This document shows positions 10,091 to 26,350 of a DNA stretch of 64,000 nucleotides, piece after piece (positions within the stretch are counted from its first letter, which is position 1; each line of letters begins with the position of its first letter). A program made the translations under genes and the position numbers. Under the pieces are notes generated by a model. That model was not told the origin of the DNA and did not search any database. It saw only the letters and a list, made by a program, of their open reading frames with translations. Origin of the DNA: Eledone cirrhosa (taxonomy: Eukaryota); the NCBI GenBank assembly GCA_964016885.1, contig OZ024742.1, positions 181,164,001 to 181,228,000 on the forward strand, given 5' to 3'.

Positions 10091-10489
10091 TGAAATTATG
10101 AGACAAGGTTATTAGTTAAATATAAACACTTTAATATAAATAGCTTGTATTGTAGAACGAGAGGAAGTTTCAGGTGGTTTGGTATAAAATAAGTTAAATT
10201 TAAAGTTAAACTCTACAGGATTTGAACTGAGAATGTAAGGTGCCAGAATAAATATTCAAAATTATTTTGTTAAATGTTCTAACAGTTCTAATTTGTGATA
10301 CTGATATTGAGTAAGCCATAGACAACTGAAAGAAAGAGTGAGAGTGAAAGGAAAAGAAAGAACGGGGTGAGGAAGAGATGTTAAATTTCCCATTATGTAT
10401 GGTTACACCTGTGACAATTTAGAATATAACAAATGAAATGTAAATAATCATTATCTAAAGCAGTGGGGGTGAGGAATTCGTGGAGCAAG

Positions 10490-10841
10490 AGTGATGATGA
10501 TGGTAGTGGTGGTGGTAATGGTGACAACAATGGGGTAGATGGTGGTGGTGGTGGTGCCAATAATAATAATGGCAATAATGACAATGGTGATATTGCACAT
10601 AATCAAGATCCCAATCAAAACACAATCACCATCATTACCATAATCATAATCATCACCATCACCATCACCATCACCATCACCATCATAATCATCATCATCA
10701 TCATGATCATCCCTATTGTTATAATCATAATCATCATCATAACCTATTGTTATGACCAAAATAATCACTTTCGTCATTGTCAACATCATCAGCTTCATCG
10801 CCACCATTATTCACACTATAGTAATCATCATCATTGCCTGT
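10490..10841. repeat. Cryptic trinucleotide simple repeats (GGT/GAT, then CAT/CAC/AAT)
   Basis: Directly visible low-complexity lead-in to the satellite. Confidence 0.9.
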
Positions 10842-13800
10842 AACACCACCAACAACAACCACCAACAACAACCACCAGCAACAACCACCAGCAACAACCA
10901 CCAACAACAACCACCAGCAACAACAACCAACAACAACCACCAACAACAACAACCACCAACAACAACAACCACCAACAACAACCACCAACAACAACCACTA
11001 ACAACAACCACCAACAACAACCACCAACAACAACCACCAACAACAACCACCAACAACAACCACTAACAACAACCACCAGCAACAACCACCAACAAAAACC
11101 ACCAACAACAACCACCAACAACAACCGCCAACAACAACAACCAACAACAACCACCAACAACAACCACTAACAACAACCACCAACAACAATCACCAACAAC
11201 AACCACCAGCAACAACCACCAACAACAACCACCAACAACAACCACTAACAACAACCACCAACAACAACCACCAACAACAACCACCAACAACAACCACCAA
11301 CAACAACCACCAACAACAACCACCAACAACAACCACTAACAACAACCACCAACAGCAACCACCAACAACAATAACCAACAACAACCACCAATAACAACCA
11401 CCAACAACAACCACCAACAACAACCACCAACAACAACCACCAACAACAACAACCAACAACAACCACCAACAACAACCACCAACAACAACCACCAGCAACA
11501 ACCACCAACAACAACCACCAACAACAACAACCAACAACAACCACCAACAACAGCCACCAACAACAACCACTAACAACAACCACCAGCAACAACCACCAAC
11601 AACAACCAACAACAACCACCAACAACAACCACCAACAACAACCACCAGCAACAACCACCAACAACAACCACCAACAACCATCAACAACAACCACCAACAA
11701 CAACCACCAACAACAACCACTAACAACAACCACCAGCAACAACCACCAACAACAAGCACCAACAACAACCACCAACAACAACCACCAACAACAACAACCA
11801 ACAACAACCACCAACAACAACCACTAACAACAACCACCAACAACAACCACCAACAAAAACCACCAGCAACAACCACCAAAAAACAACCACCAACAACAAC
11901 CACCAACAACCACCAACAACAACCACCAACAACAACCACTAACAACAACCACCAGCAACAACCACCAACAACAACCACCAACAACAACCACAAACAACAA
12001 CCACCAACAACAACCACCAACAACAACCACCAACAACAAGCACCAGCAACAACAACCAACAACAACAAACAGCGACAACAACAACCACCAACAAGCACCA
12101 ACAACAACCACTAACAACAACCACCAACAACAACCACCAACAACAACCACCAACAACAACCACCAACAACAAACACCAACAACAACCACCAGCAACAACC
12201 ACTAGCAACAACCACCAACAACAACCACCAACAACAACCACTAACAACAACCACCAACAACAACCATCAACAACAACCACCAACAACAACCAACAACAAC
12301 AACAACCAACAACAACCTCCAACAACAACCACTAACAACAACCACCAACAACAACAACCAACAACAACCAGCAACAACAACCACTAACAACAACCACGAA
12401 CAACAACCACCAACAACAACCACCAGCAACAACCACCAACAACAACCAACAACAACAACCACCAACAACAACCACCAACAACAACCACCAACAACAACCA
12501 CTAACAACAACCACCAGCAACAACCACCAACAACAACCACCAACAACAACCACCAACAACAACCACCAACAACAACAACCAACAACAACCACAAACAACA
12601 ACCACTAACAACAACCACCAACAACAACCACAAACAACAACAACCAGCAACAACCACCAACAACAATCACCAACAAAAACCACCAACAACAACCACCAAC
12701 AACAACCACTAACAACAACCACCAGCGACAACCACCAACAACAACCACCAACAACAACCACCAACAACAACCACCAGCAACGACAACCACCAACAACAAC
12801 CACCAACAACAACAACTAACAACAACCACCAGCAACAACCACCAACAACAACAACCAACAAGAACCACCAACAACAACCACCAACAACAACCACCAACAA
12901 CAACCACTAACAACAACCACCAGCAACAACCACCAACAACAACAACCAACAATAACCACCAACAACAACCACCAACAACAACTACCAGCAACAACAACCA
13001 CCAACAACAACCACCAACAACAACCACCAACAACAACCACTAACAACCACCACCAACAACAACCACCAACAACAACCACCAACAACAACCACCAACAATA
13101 ACCACTAATAACAACCATCAGCAACAACCACCAACAACAACCACCAACAACAACCACCAACAACAACCACCAACAACAACAACCAACAACAACCACCAAC
13201 AACAACCACTAACAACCACCACCAACAACAACCACCAACAACAACCACCAGCAACAACCACCAACAAAAACCACCAACAACAAGCACCAACAACAACCAC
13301 CAACAACAACCACCAACAACAACCACTAATATCAAACACCAGCAACAACCACCAACAACAACAACCAACAACAACCACCAACAACGACCACCAACAACAA
13401 CAACCAACAACAACCACCAACAAAAACCACTAACAACAACCACCAACAACAACCACCAACAACAACCACCAGCAACAACCACCACCAACAACAACCATCA
13501 ACAACAACCACCAACAACAACCACCAACAACAACCGCCAACAACAACCACCAACAACAACCACCAACAACAACCACCAGCAACACCCACCAACAACAACC
13601 ACCAACAACAACCACCAACAACAACCACCAACAACCACCAGCAACAACAACCACCAACAACAACCACCAACAACAACCACCAACAACAACCACCAACAAC
13701 AACCACCAACAACAACAACCACCAACAACCACCACCAACAACAACAACCAACAACAACCACCAACAACAACCACCAACAACAAGCACCAGAAACAACAAC

Positions 13801-16800
13801 CACCAACAACAACCAGCAACAACAACAACCACCAACAAGCACCAACAACAACCACTAACAACAACCACCAACAACAACCACCAACAACAACCACCAACAA
13901 CAACCACCAACAACAACCACCAACAACAACCACCAGCAACAACCACCAGCAACAACCACCAACAACAACCACCAACAACAACCACTAACAACAACCACCA
14001 ACAACAACCATCAACAACAAACCACCAACAACAACCACCAACAACAACCACCAACAACAACCACCACCAACAACCACCAACATCAACCACCAACAACAAC
14101 CACCAACAACAACCACCAACAACAAATACCAACAACAACCACTAACAACAACCACCAGCAACAACCACCAACAACAACCACCAACAACAACCACCAACAA
14201 CAACCACCAACAACAACAGGCAACAACAACCACCAACAACAACCACTAACAACAACCACCAACAACAACCACCAACAACAACAACCAGCAACAACCACCA
14301 ACAATAACCACCAACAACAACCACCAACAACAACCACCAACAACAACCACCAACAACAACCACTAACAACAACCACCAGCAACAGCCACCAACAACAACC
14401 ACCAACAACAACCACCAACAACAACCACCAACAACAACCACCAACAACAACAACTAACAACAACCACCAGCAACAACCACCAACAACAACAACCAACAAC
14501 AACCACCAACAACAACCACCAACAACAACCACCAGCAACAACAACCACCAACAACAACCACCAACAACAACCACTAACAACAACCACCAACAACAACCAC
14601 CAACAACAACCACCAACAACAACCACCAACAACAACCACCAACAACAACCAACAACAACAACCACTAACAACAACCACCAGCAACAACCACCAACAACAA
14701 CAACCAGCAACAACCACCAACAACAACCACCAACAACAACCACCAACAACAACCACCAACAACAACCACTAACAACAACCACCAGCAACAACCACCAACA
14801 ACAACCACCAACAACAACCACCAACAACAACCACCAACAACAACCACCAACAACAACCACCAACAACAACAACTAACAACAACCACCAGCAACAACCACC
14901 AACAACAACAACCAACAACAACCACCAACAACAACCACCAACAACAACCACCAACAACAACAACCAACAACAACCAGCAACAACAACCACTAACAACAAC
15001 CACGAACAACAACCACCAACAACAACCACCAGCAACAACCACCAACAACAACCACCAACAACAACCACCAACAACAACCACCAACAACAACCACCAACAA
15101 CAACCACTAACAACAACCACCAGCAACAACCACCAACAACAACCACCAACAACAACCACCAACAACAACCACCAACAACAACAACCAACAACAACCACCA
15201 ACAACAACCACTAACAACAACCACCAACAACAACCACAAACAACAACAACCAGCAACAACCACCAACAACAATCACCAACAACAACCACCAACAACAACC
15301 ACCAACAACAACCACTAACAACAACCACCAGCGACAACCACCAACAACAACCACCAACAACAACCACCAACAACAACCACCAGCAACGACAACCACCAAC
15401 AACAACCACCAACAACAACAACTAACAACAACCACCAGCAACAACCACCAACAACAACAACCAACAACAACCACCAACAACAACCACCAACAACAACCAC
15501 CAACAACAACCACTAACAACAACCACCAGCAACAACCACCAACAACAACAACCAACAACAACCACCAACAACAACCACCAACAACAACTACCAGCAACAA
15601 CAACCACCAACAACAACCACCAACAACAACCACCAACAACAACCACTAACAACCACCATCAACAACAACCACCAACAACAACCACCAACAACAACCACCA
15701 ACAATAACCACTAATAACAACCACCAGCAACAACCACCAACAACAACCACCAACAACAACCACCAACAACAACCACCAACAACAACAACCAACAACAACC
15801 ACCAACAACAACCACTAACAACCACCACCAACAACAACCACCAACAACAACCACCAGCAACAACCACCAACAACAACCACCAACAACAACCACCAACAAC
15901 AACCACCAACAACAACAACCAACAACAACCACCAACAACAACCACTAACAACAACCACCAACAACAACCACAAACAACAACAACCAGCAACAACCACCAA
16001 CAACAATCACCAACAACAACCACCAACAACAACCACCAACAACAACCACTAACAACAACCACCAGCGACAACCACCAACAACAACCACCAACAACAACCA
16101 CCAACAACAACCACCAGCAACGACAACCACCAACAACAACCACCAACAACAACAACTAACAACAACCACCAGCAACAACCACCAACAACAACAACCAACA
16201 ACAACCACCAACAACAACCACCAACAACAACCACCAACAACAACCACTAACAACAACCACCAGCAACAACCACCAACAACAACAACCAACAACAACCACC
16301 AACAACAACCACCAACAACAACTACCAGCAACAACAACCACCAACAACAACCACCAACAACAACCACCAACAACAACCACTAACAACCAGCATCAACAAC
16401 AACCACCAACAACAACCACCAACAACAACCACCAACAATAACCACTAATAACAACCACCAGCAACAACCACCAACAACAACCACCAACAACAACCACCAA
16501 CAACAACCACCAACAACAACAACCAACAACAACCACCAACAACAACCACTAACAACCACCACCAACAACAACCACCAACAACAACCACCAGCAACAACTA
16601 CCAACAAAAACCACCAACAACAAGCACCAACAACAACCACCAACAACAACCACCAACAACAACCACTAATAACAAACACCAGCAACAACCACCAACAACA
16701 ACAACCAACAACAACCACCAACAACGACCACCAACAACAACAACCAACAACAACCACCAACAACAACCACTAACAACAACCACCAACAACAACCACCAAC

Positions 16801-19800
16801 AACAACCACCAGCAACAACAACCACCAACAACAACCATCAACAACAACCACCAACAACAACCACCAACAACAACCGCCAACAACAACCACCAACAACAAC
16901 CACCAACAACAACCACCAGCAACACCCACCAACAACAACCACCAACAACAACCACCAACAACAACCACCAACAACCACCAGCAACAACAACCACCAACAA
17001 CAACCACCAACAACAACCACCAACAACAACCACCAACAACAACCACCAACAACAACAACCAGCAACAACCACCACCAACAACAACAACCAACAACAACCA
17101 CCAACAACAACCACCAACAACAAGCACCAGAAACAACAACCACCAACAACAACCAGCAACAACAACAACCACCAACAAGCACCAACAACAACCACTAACA
17201 ACAACCACCAACAACAACCACCAACAACAACCACCAACAACAACCACCAACAACAACCACCAACAACAACCACCAGCAACAACCACCAGCAACAACCACC
17301 AACAACAACCACCAACAACAACCACTAACAACAACCACCAACAACAACCATCAACAACAAACCACCAACAACAACCACCAACAACAACCACCAACAACAA
17401 CCACCACCAACAACCACCAACATCAACCACCAACAACAACCACCAACAACAACCACCAACAACAACCACCAACAACAACCACTAACAACAACCACCAGCA
17501 ACAACCACCAACAACAACCACCAACAACAACCACCAACAACAACCACCAACAACAACAGGCAACAACAACCACCAACAACAACCACTAACAACAACCACA
17601 AGCAACAACCACCAACAACAACAACCAGCAACAACCACCAACAATAACCACCAACAACAACCACCAACAACAACCACCAACAACAACCACCAACAACAAC
17701 CACTAACAACAACCACCAGCAACAGCCACCAACAACAACCACCAACAACAACCACCAACAACAACCACCAACAACAACCACCAACAACAACAACTAACAA
17801 CAACCACCAGCAACAACCACCAACAACAACAACCAACAACAACCACCAACAACAACCACCAACAACAACCACCAGCAACAACAACCACCAACAACACCCA
17901 CCAACAACAACCACTAACAACAACCACCAACAACAACCACCAACAACAACCAACAACAACAACCACTAACAACAACCACCAACAACAACCAACAACAACA
18001 ACCACTAACAACAACCACCAGCAACAACCACCAACAACAACAACCAGCAACAACCACCAACAACAACCACCAACAACAACCACCAACAACAACCACCAAC
18101 AACAACCACTAACAACAACCACCAGCAACAACCACCAACAACAACCACCAACAACAACCACCAACAACAACCACCAACAACAACCACCAACAACAACCAC
18201 CAACAACAACAACTAACAGCAACCACCAGCAACAACCACCAACAACAACAACCAACAACAACCACCAACAACAACCACCAACAACAACCACCAACAACAA
18301 CAACCAACAACAACCACCAACAACAACCACCAACAACAACCACTAACAACAACCACCAGCAACAACCACCAACAACAACCACCAACAACAACCACCAACA
18401 ACAACCACCAACAACAACCACCAACAACAACCACTAACAACAACCACCAGCAACAACCACCATCAACAACAACCAACAACAACCACCAACAACAACCACC
18501 AACAACAACTACCAGCAACAACACCCACCAACAACAACCACCAACAACAACCACCAACAACAACCACCAACAACAACAACCAACAACAACCACCAACAAC
18601 AACCATTAACAACAACCACCAACAACAACAACCAACAACAACCACCAACAACAACCACTAACAACCACCACCAACAACAACCACCAACAACAACCACCAA
18701 CAACAACCACCAACAATAACCACTAATAACAACCACCAGCAACAACCACCAACAACAACAACCAACAACAACCACCAACAACAACAACCAGCAACAACCA
18801 CCACCAACAACAACAACCAACAACAACCACCAACAACAACCACCAACAACAAGCACCAGAAACAACAACCACCAACAACAACCAGCAACAACAACAACCA
18901 CCAACAAGCACCAACAACAACCACTAACAACAACCACCAACAACAACCACCAACAACAACCACCAACAACAACCACCAACAACAACCACCAACAACAACC
19001 ACCAGCAACAACCACCAGCAACAACCACCAACAACAACCACCAACAACAACCACTAACAACAACCACCAACAACAACCATCAACAACAAACCACCAACAA
19101 CAACCACCAACAACAACAACCAACAACAACCACCAACAACAACCACTAACAACAACCACCAACAACAACAACCAACAACAACCACCAACAACAACCACTA
19201 ACAACAACCACCAACAACAACCACCAACAACAACCACCAGCAACAACCACCAACATCAACCACCAACAACAACCACCAACAACAACCACCAACAACAACC
19301 ACCAACAACAACCACTAACAACAACCACCAGCAACAACCACCAACAACAACCACCAACAACAACCACCAACAACAACCACCAACAACAACAACCAACAAC
19401 AACCACCAACAACAAACACTAACAACAACCACCAACAACAACCACCAACAACAACAACCAGCAACAACCACCAACAACAACCACCAACAACAACCACCAA
19501 CAACAACCACCAACAACAACCACCAACAACAACCACTAACAACAACCACCAGCAACAGCCACCAACAACAACCACCAACAACAACCACCAACAACAACCA
19601 CCAACAACAACCACCAACAACAACAACTAACAACAACCACCAGCAACAACCACCAACAACAACAACCAACAACAACCACCAACAACAACCACCAACAACA
19701 ACCACCAGCAACAACAACCACCAACAACAACCACCAACAACAACCACTAACAACAACCACCAGCAACAACCACCAACAACAACCACCAACAACAACCACC

Positions 19801-22800
19801 AACAACAACCACCAACAACAACCACCAACAACAACCACTAACAACAACCACCAGCAACAACCACCAACAACAAACACCAACAACAACCACTAACAACCAC
19901 GACCAACAACAACCACCAACAACAACCACCAGCAACAACCACCAACAACAACCACCAACAACAACCACCAACAACAACCACCAACAACAACCACCAACAA
20001 CAACCACCAACAACAACCACCAACAACAACCACCAACAACAACAACCAACAACAACCACCAGCAACAACAACCACCAACAACAACCACCAAAAACAACCA
20101 CCAACAACAACCACCAACAACAACCACCAACAACCACCAACAACAACCACCAACAACAACCACCAACAACAACCACCAACAACAATCACTAACAACAACC
20201 ACCAACAACAACCACCAACAACCACCAACAACAACCACCAACAACAACCACCAGCAACAACAACCACCAACAACAACCACCAACAACCACCAACAACAAC
20301 CACCAACAACAACCACCAACGACAACAACAAACAGCAACAACCACCACCAACAAGAACAACCAACAACAACCACCAACAACAACCACCAACAACAACCAC
20401 CAGCAATAACAACCACCAACAACAACCACCAACAACAACCACCAACAACAACCACCAACAACAACCACCAACAACAACAACAACCAGCAACAACCACCAC
20501 CAACAACAACCACTAACAACAACCACCAGCAAAAACCACCAACAACAACAACCAACAACAACCACCAACAACAACCACCAACAACAACCACCAGCAACAA
20601 CAACCACCAACAACAACCACCAACAACAACCACTAACAACAACCACCAACAACAACCACCAACAACAACCACCAACAACAACCACCAACAACAACCACCA
20701 GCAACAACAACCACCAACAACAACCACCACCAACAACCACCAACAACAACCACCAACAACAACCACCAACAACAACCAACAACAACCACCAGCAACAACA
20801 ACCACCAACAACAACCACCACCAACAACCACCAACAACAACCACCAACAACAACAACCACCAACAACAACCACCACCAACAACCACCAACAACAACCACC
20901 AACAACAACAACCACCAACAACACCCACCAGCAACAACAACCACCAACAACCACCAACAACAACCACCAACAACAACCACCAACAACAACCACCAGCAAC
21001 AACAACTACCAACAACAACCACCACCAACAACCACCAACAACAACCACCAACAACAACAACCACCAACAACAACCACCACCAACAACCACCAACAACAAC
21101 CACCAACAACAACACCCAGCAGCAACAACAACCACCAGCAACCACCAACAACAACCACCAACAACAACCACCAACAACAACCACCAGCAACAACAACTAC
21201 CAACAACAACCACCACCAACAACCACCAACAACAACCACCAACAACACCCACCAGCAACAACAACCACCAACAACAACCACCAACAACAACCACCAGCAA
21301 CAACAACTACCAACAACAACCACCACCAACAACCACCAACAACAACCACCAACAACAACCACCAGCAACAACAACCACCAACAACAACCACCAACAACCA
21401 CCAACAACAACCACCAACAACAACCACCAACGACAACAACCACCAGCAACAACCACCACCAACAACAACAACCAACAACAACCACCAACAACAACCACCA
21501 ACAACAACCACCAGCAATAAGAACCACCAACAACAACCACCAACAACCACCAACACCAACCACCAACAACAACCACCAACAACAACAACAACCAGCAACA
21601 ACCACCACCAACAACAACCACTAACAACAACCACCAGCACAACCACCAACAACAACAACCAACAACAACCACCAACAACAACCACCAACAACAACCACCA
21701 GCAACAACAACCACCAACAACAACCACCAACAACAACCACCAACAACAACCACCAACAACAACCACCAACAACAACCACCAACAACCACCAACAACAACC
21801 ACCAACAACAACCACCAGCAACAACAACCACCAACAACAACCATCACCAACAACCACCAACAACAACCACCAACAACAACAACCACCAACAACAACCACC
21901 ACCAACAACCACCAACAACAACCACCAACAACAACAACCACCAACAACACCCACCAGCAACAACAACCACCAACAACCAACAACAACAACCACCAACAAC
22001 AACCACCAACAACCACCAGCAACAACAACTAACAACAACAACCACCACCAACAACCACCAACAACAACCACCAACAACAACAACCACCAACAACAACCAC
22101 CACCAACAACCACCAACAACAACCACCAACAACAACAACCACCAACAACACCCACCAGCAACAACAACCACCAACAACCACCAACAACAACCACCAACAA
22201 CAACCACCAACAACAACCACCAGCAACAAGAACCACCAACAACAACCACCAACAACAACCACCAACAACAACCACCAACAACAACAACCACCAACAACAA
22301 CCACCAACAACAACCACCAACAACAACCACCAGCAACAACAACTACCAACAACAACCACCACCAACAACCACCAACAACAACCACCAACAACAACAACCA
22401 CCAACAACAACCACCACCAACAACCACCAACAACAACCACCAACAACAACAACCACCAACAACACCCACCAGCAACAACAACCACCAAAAACCACCAACA
22501 ACAACCACCAACAACAACCACCAGCAACAACAACTACCAACAACAACCACCAACAACAACCACCACCAACAACCACCAACAACAACCACCAACAACAACC
22601 ACCACCAACAACCACCAACAACAACCACCAACAACAACCACCAACAACAACCACCAACAACAACCACCAGCAAAAACAACTACCAACAACAACCACCACC
22701 AACAACCACCAACAACAACCACCAACAACAACCACCAACAACAACCACCACCAATAACCACCAACAACAACCACCAACAACACCCACCAGCAACAACAAC

Positions 22801-23801
22801 CACCAACAACAACCACCAACAACAACCACCAGCAACAACAACCACCAACAACAACCACCAACAACAACCACCAACAACAACCACCAGTAACAACAACCAC
22901 CAACAACAACCACCAACAACAACCACCACCAACAGCCACCAACAACAACCACCAACAACAACCACTACCAACAACCACCAACAACAACCACCAACAACAA
23001 CAACCACCAACAACAACCACCAACAACACCCACCAGCAACAACAACCACCAACAACAACCACCAACAACACCCAACATCAACAACAACCACCAACAACAA
23101 CCACCAACAACACCCACCACCAACAACAACCACCAACAACACCCAACATCAACAACAACCACCAACAACAACCACCAACAACACCCACCAGCAACAACAA
23201 CCACCAACAACACCCACCAGCAACAACAACCACCAACAACAACCACCAACAACAACCACCAGCAACAACCACCAACAACAACCACCAACAACAACCACCA
23301 ACAACAACCACCAGCAACAACCACCAACAACAACCACCAACAACAACCACTAACAACAACCACCAACAACAACCACCAACAACAACCACCAACAACAACC
23401 ACCAACAACAACCACCAACAACAACCACTACCAACAACCACCAACAACAACCACCAACAACACCCACCAGCAACAACAACCACCAACAACAACCACCAAC
23501 AACACCCAACATCAACAACAACCACCAACAACAACCACCAACAACACCCACCAGCAACAACAACCACCAACAACACCCACCAGCAACAACAACCACCAAC
23601 AACAACCACCAACAACAACCACCAGCAACAACCACCAACAACAACCACCAGCAACAACCACCAACAACAACCACCAGCAACAACAACCACCAACAACAAC
23701 CACCAACAACAACCACCAACAACAACCACCAGTAACAACAACCACCAACAACAACCACCACCAACAGCCACCAACAACAACCACCAACAACAACCAACAC
23801 C
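10842..23801. repeat. ~13 kb satellite, consensus CCACCAACAACAA (13 bp) with 10- and 16-bp variants
   Basis: Continuous array; three 13-mers give the 13-aa LLLVVVVGGCCWW cycle seen in all minus frames; the plus strand is almost only A and C. Confidence 0.98.
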
Positions 23802-24042
23802 ATCTCAATGACAACTATAGCCATCTTAATGCTTTCTGTATCGTTTAACTCTTTTAAACCTTCAAACATTTTAATTGTATTATTTATCTATTTAACATTT
23901 GTAAAATTTGTATCCACATCCTGCCCATGCTAGCATGGAAGATGGACATTAAACGATGATGATGATGATCCAACCCACCATAAGTTTAACCACTTTGTCT
24001 GCTGCTACCACTACCATCACTACAACCACCACTACCATGCCC

Positions 24043-24223
24043 ATTTGGCAGTATCAGTAGAGAGTCGGACGCCATGCTTTCCAGCATAGTTACGTCCCTT
24101 TACGGTCTGAGTTCAAATCCCGCCTAGGTTAACTTTGCCTTTCATCCTTACGGGGTCGATAAAATAAAGTACCAGTAATGTACTGAGTAATTGCTAGCCT
24201 TGTGCCAAAAGTAGAAACAATTA
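24043..24223 (+). mobile_element. MetaSINE-like tRNA SINE
   Basis: TGGCAGTATCAG...GAGTTCAAATCC...GCCTTTCATCCTTACGGGGTCGATAAAATAAAGTACC...GTAGAAACAATTATT. Confidence 0.85.
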
Positions 24224-24499
24224 TTCCAATACAAGTGTATTACAGACTATGGAACTTTCTAATACAAAATTCAGTAGCTTAGGAGAAAACTTGTAGCTGT
24301 CAGCAGATAATATCTTAATGTTGTTGGTAGTGTTGTTATTGTTGTTGTCTTGTTTTGGTACCATTTAACCACATCCTCCACCTTATGGTAGAAGCCTACT
24401 CCCAATCGTTATTGCCCGTAGTCACAACTCAACACATGTCATAAAATAATATAACATATTTAAAAATGGTTACAAATAAATGAATAATGATAATAATAA

Positions 24500-25618
24500 T
24501 TGTTTCTACTTTTTGGTACAAGGCCAGCAATTACCCAGTGCATTACTGGTACTTTATTTTATCGACCCCATAAGGATGAAAGGCAAAGTTAACCTCGGTG
24601 GGATTTGAACTCAGAATGGCAAGGGCCATAACTCTATGCATCAAAGCATGGCATCCGACCCTCTACCGATACTGCCAATCCACCACCTAAATAATGATAA
24701 TAATAATAATATGTAATAATATTTGTTTCTACTTTAGGCACAAGGCCAGCAATTACCCAGTGTATTACTGGTACTTTATTTTATCGACCCCCGTAAGGAT
24801 GAAAGGCAAAGTCAACCTCGGCGGGATTTGAACTCAGATCGTAAAGGGACGTAACTATGCTGGAAAGCATGGCTAATATTGTGAGAAGGATAAGTTGATT
24901 AAATCATCCCCAGTATTTAGTCGCTACTTTATTCTATTGATACCAGAAGGATGAAAGGCAAAGTTGACCTCAGTGGGATTTGAAATCAGAAGATTAAGAG
25001 CTTGAACAAATACCTTAAAGCATTTTATCTGACACACTTATGATTCTGCTAATCCACTACACTGATAATACTGATGATAATGATATTGATTGTAATAACA
25101 ATAATTATATTATTGCTAATAATAGCAATAATAGTAGTAAGAGTCACAGCAACAACAGAAATAACAACAGCAACAACAACAATAAAGATAATGGTTTCTT
25201 ATATAGGCACAAGGCTAGCAATTTGAAGGGAAGGGGAGGGTGGATTAAATTAACCCCAGTGCATTACTGGTACTTTATTTTATCAACCTCATAAAGATGA
25301 AAGGCAAAGTTAACCTCGGTGGGATTTGAACTCAGAACATAAAGGGCCATAACTCTCTGCTCCTGAGCATGGTGTCCGACGCTCTATCGATATTGCCAAT
25401 CCACCACCCTATGATAATATTGATAATAATTGTTTCTACTTTTGGCACAAGACCAGCAATTACCCAGTGTATTGCTGGTACTTTATTTTATCGACCCCAT
25501 AAGGATGAATGGCAAAGTTAACCTCGGCGGGATTTGAACTCAGGATGGCAAGGGCCATAACTCTATGCATCAAAGCATGGCGTCAGACCCTCTACCGATA
25601 CTGCCAATCCACCACCCT
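24500..25618 (-). mobile_element. Stack of 5-6 MetaSINE-like SINE copies
   Basis: Same family as 6860-8185, all on the minus strand, separated by (AAT)n. Confidence 0.85.
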
Positions 25619-25644
25619 ATGATAATATTGATAATAATAATAAC

Positions 25645-26350
25645 AATGGCATGCATTAAGAAAAACATTAAAGCCAACACAGGACAGCACAATGTGGGAT
25701 ATTTTGTGTTTAAAAAATGCTTAACAAAAAGTAACAAATATAAAAATTCCAAATATAAGAAAAATCTCCAATAGACAGGAAAATTCCGATGGTCACTTGG
25801 TGAGAAAGCCCACAAAGACCAGTCACCCTCACCACTATTCCAAGTGCTCTCTGCTAGTTGTCCTCCTCCAATCTAAAGGCAAACACTCAGAGCAGGCCCA
25901 TTCTCTCGGGCTATGCTCACCACTCTCACCCACCTTTCAACAAACTGCTTGGAAGGGAGCACTTCCCTCTCCATCCTGATTTTCCTCTTCAAGTAAAACC
26001 TGAAGATGCCAATCAGGGCTTTGCCAAAAAGGAAAATGCTTGTCTTCAATCTTTTCAAACTTGTTCTCAATACCACTTCTTTTACGATGGGGTCATGTGG
26101 TAGATAAAAACTGTCTCCCTTTCCCGGCTGTAGCAAGGCAGCAGGGTAATTTTCATAATGGACACAGCTGATAGCTGAATCCATACCACATGTGCCAGCA
26201 GGTGTTTGACATAAACCCACAAGTGAGCAATAATCGGAGACTGGATGAGTGCTTGCAGGATGATTTCTTCACCCTGTGCTTATCTTAGCTGATGGCAATT
26301 CAATGCATTTAGGGTTTTGCTCAAACTGACAATGCTTGCCAGTAGTACTG
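25645..26350 (-). mobile_element. Tx1/L1-clade LINE 3' fragment
   Basis: ORF 25873-26220 (KEVVLRTSLKRLKTSIFLFGKALIGIFRFYLKRKIRMEREVLPS..RWVRV) is paralogous to the ORF2 end at 29590-30201. Confidence 0.85.

Noticed and set aside
10842-23801. Telomere or interstitial telomeric array
   Set aside because: The unit is not TTAGGG-like and the array is internal with ordinary flanks; only the strand asymmetry is telomere-like.
10737-23869. Dozens of long ORFs encoding LLLVVVVGGCCWW or QQQPPTTTTNNNH repeats
   Set aside because: Artefact of a stop-free 13-mer satellite read in all frames; 10/13/16-bp units do not preserve frame.
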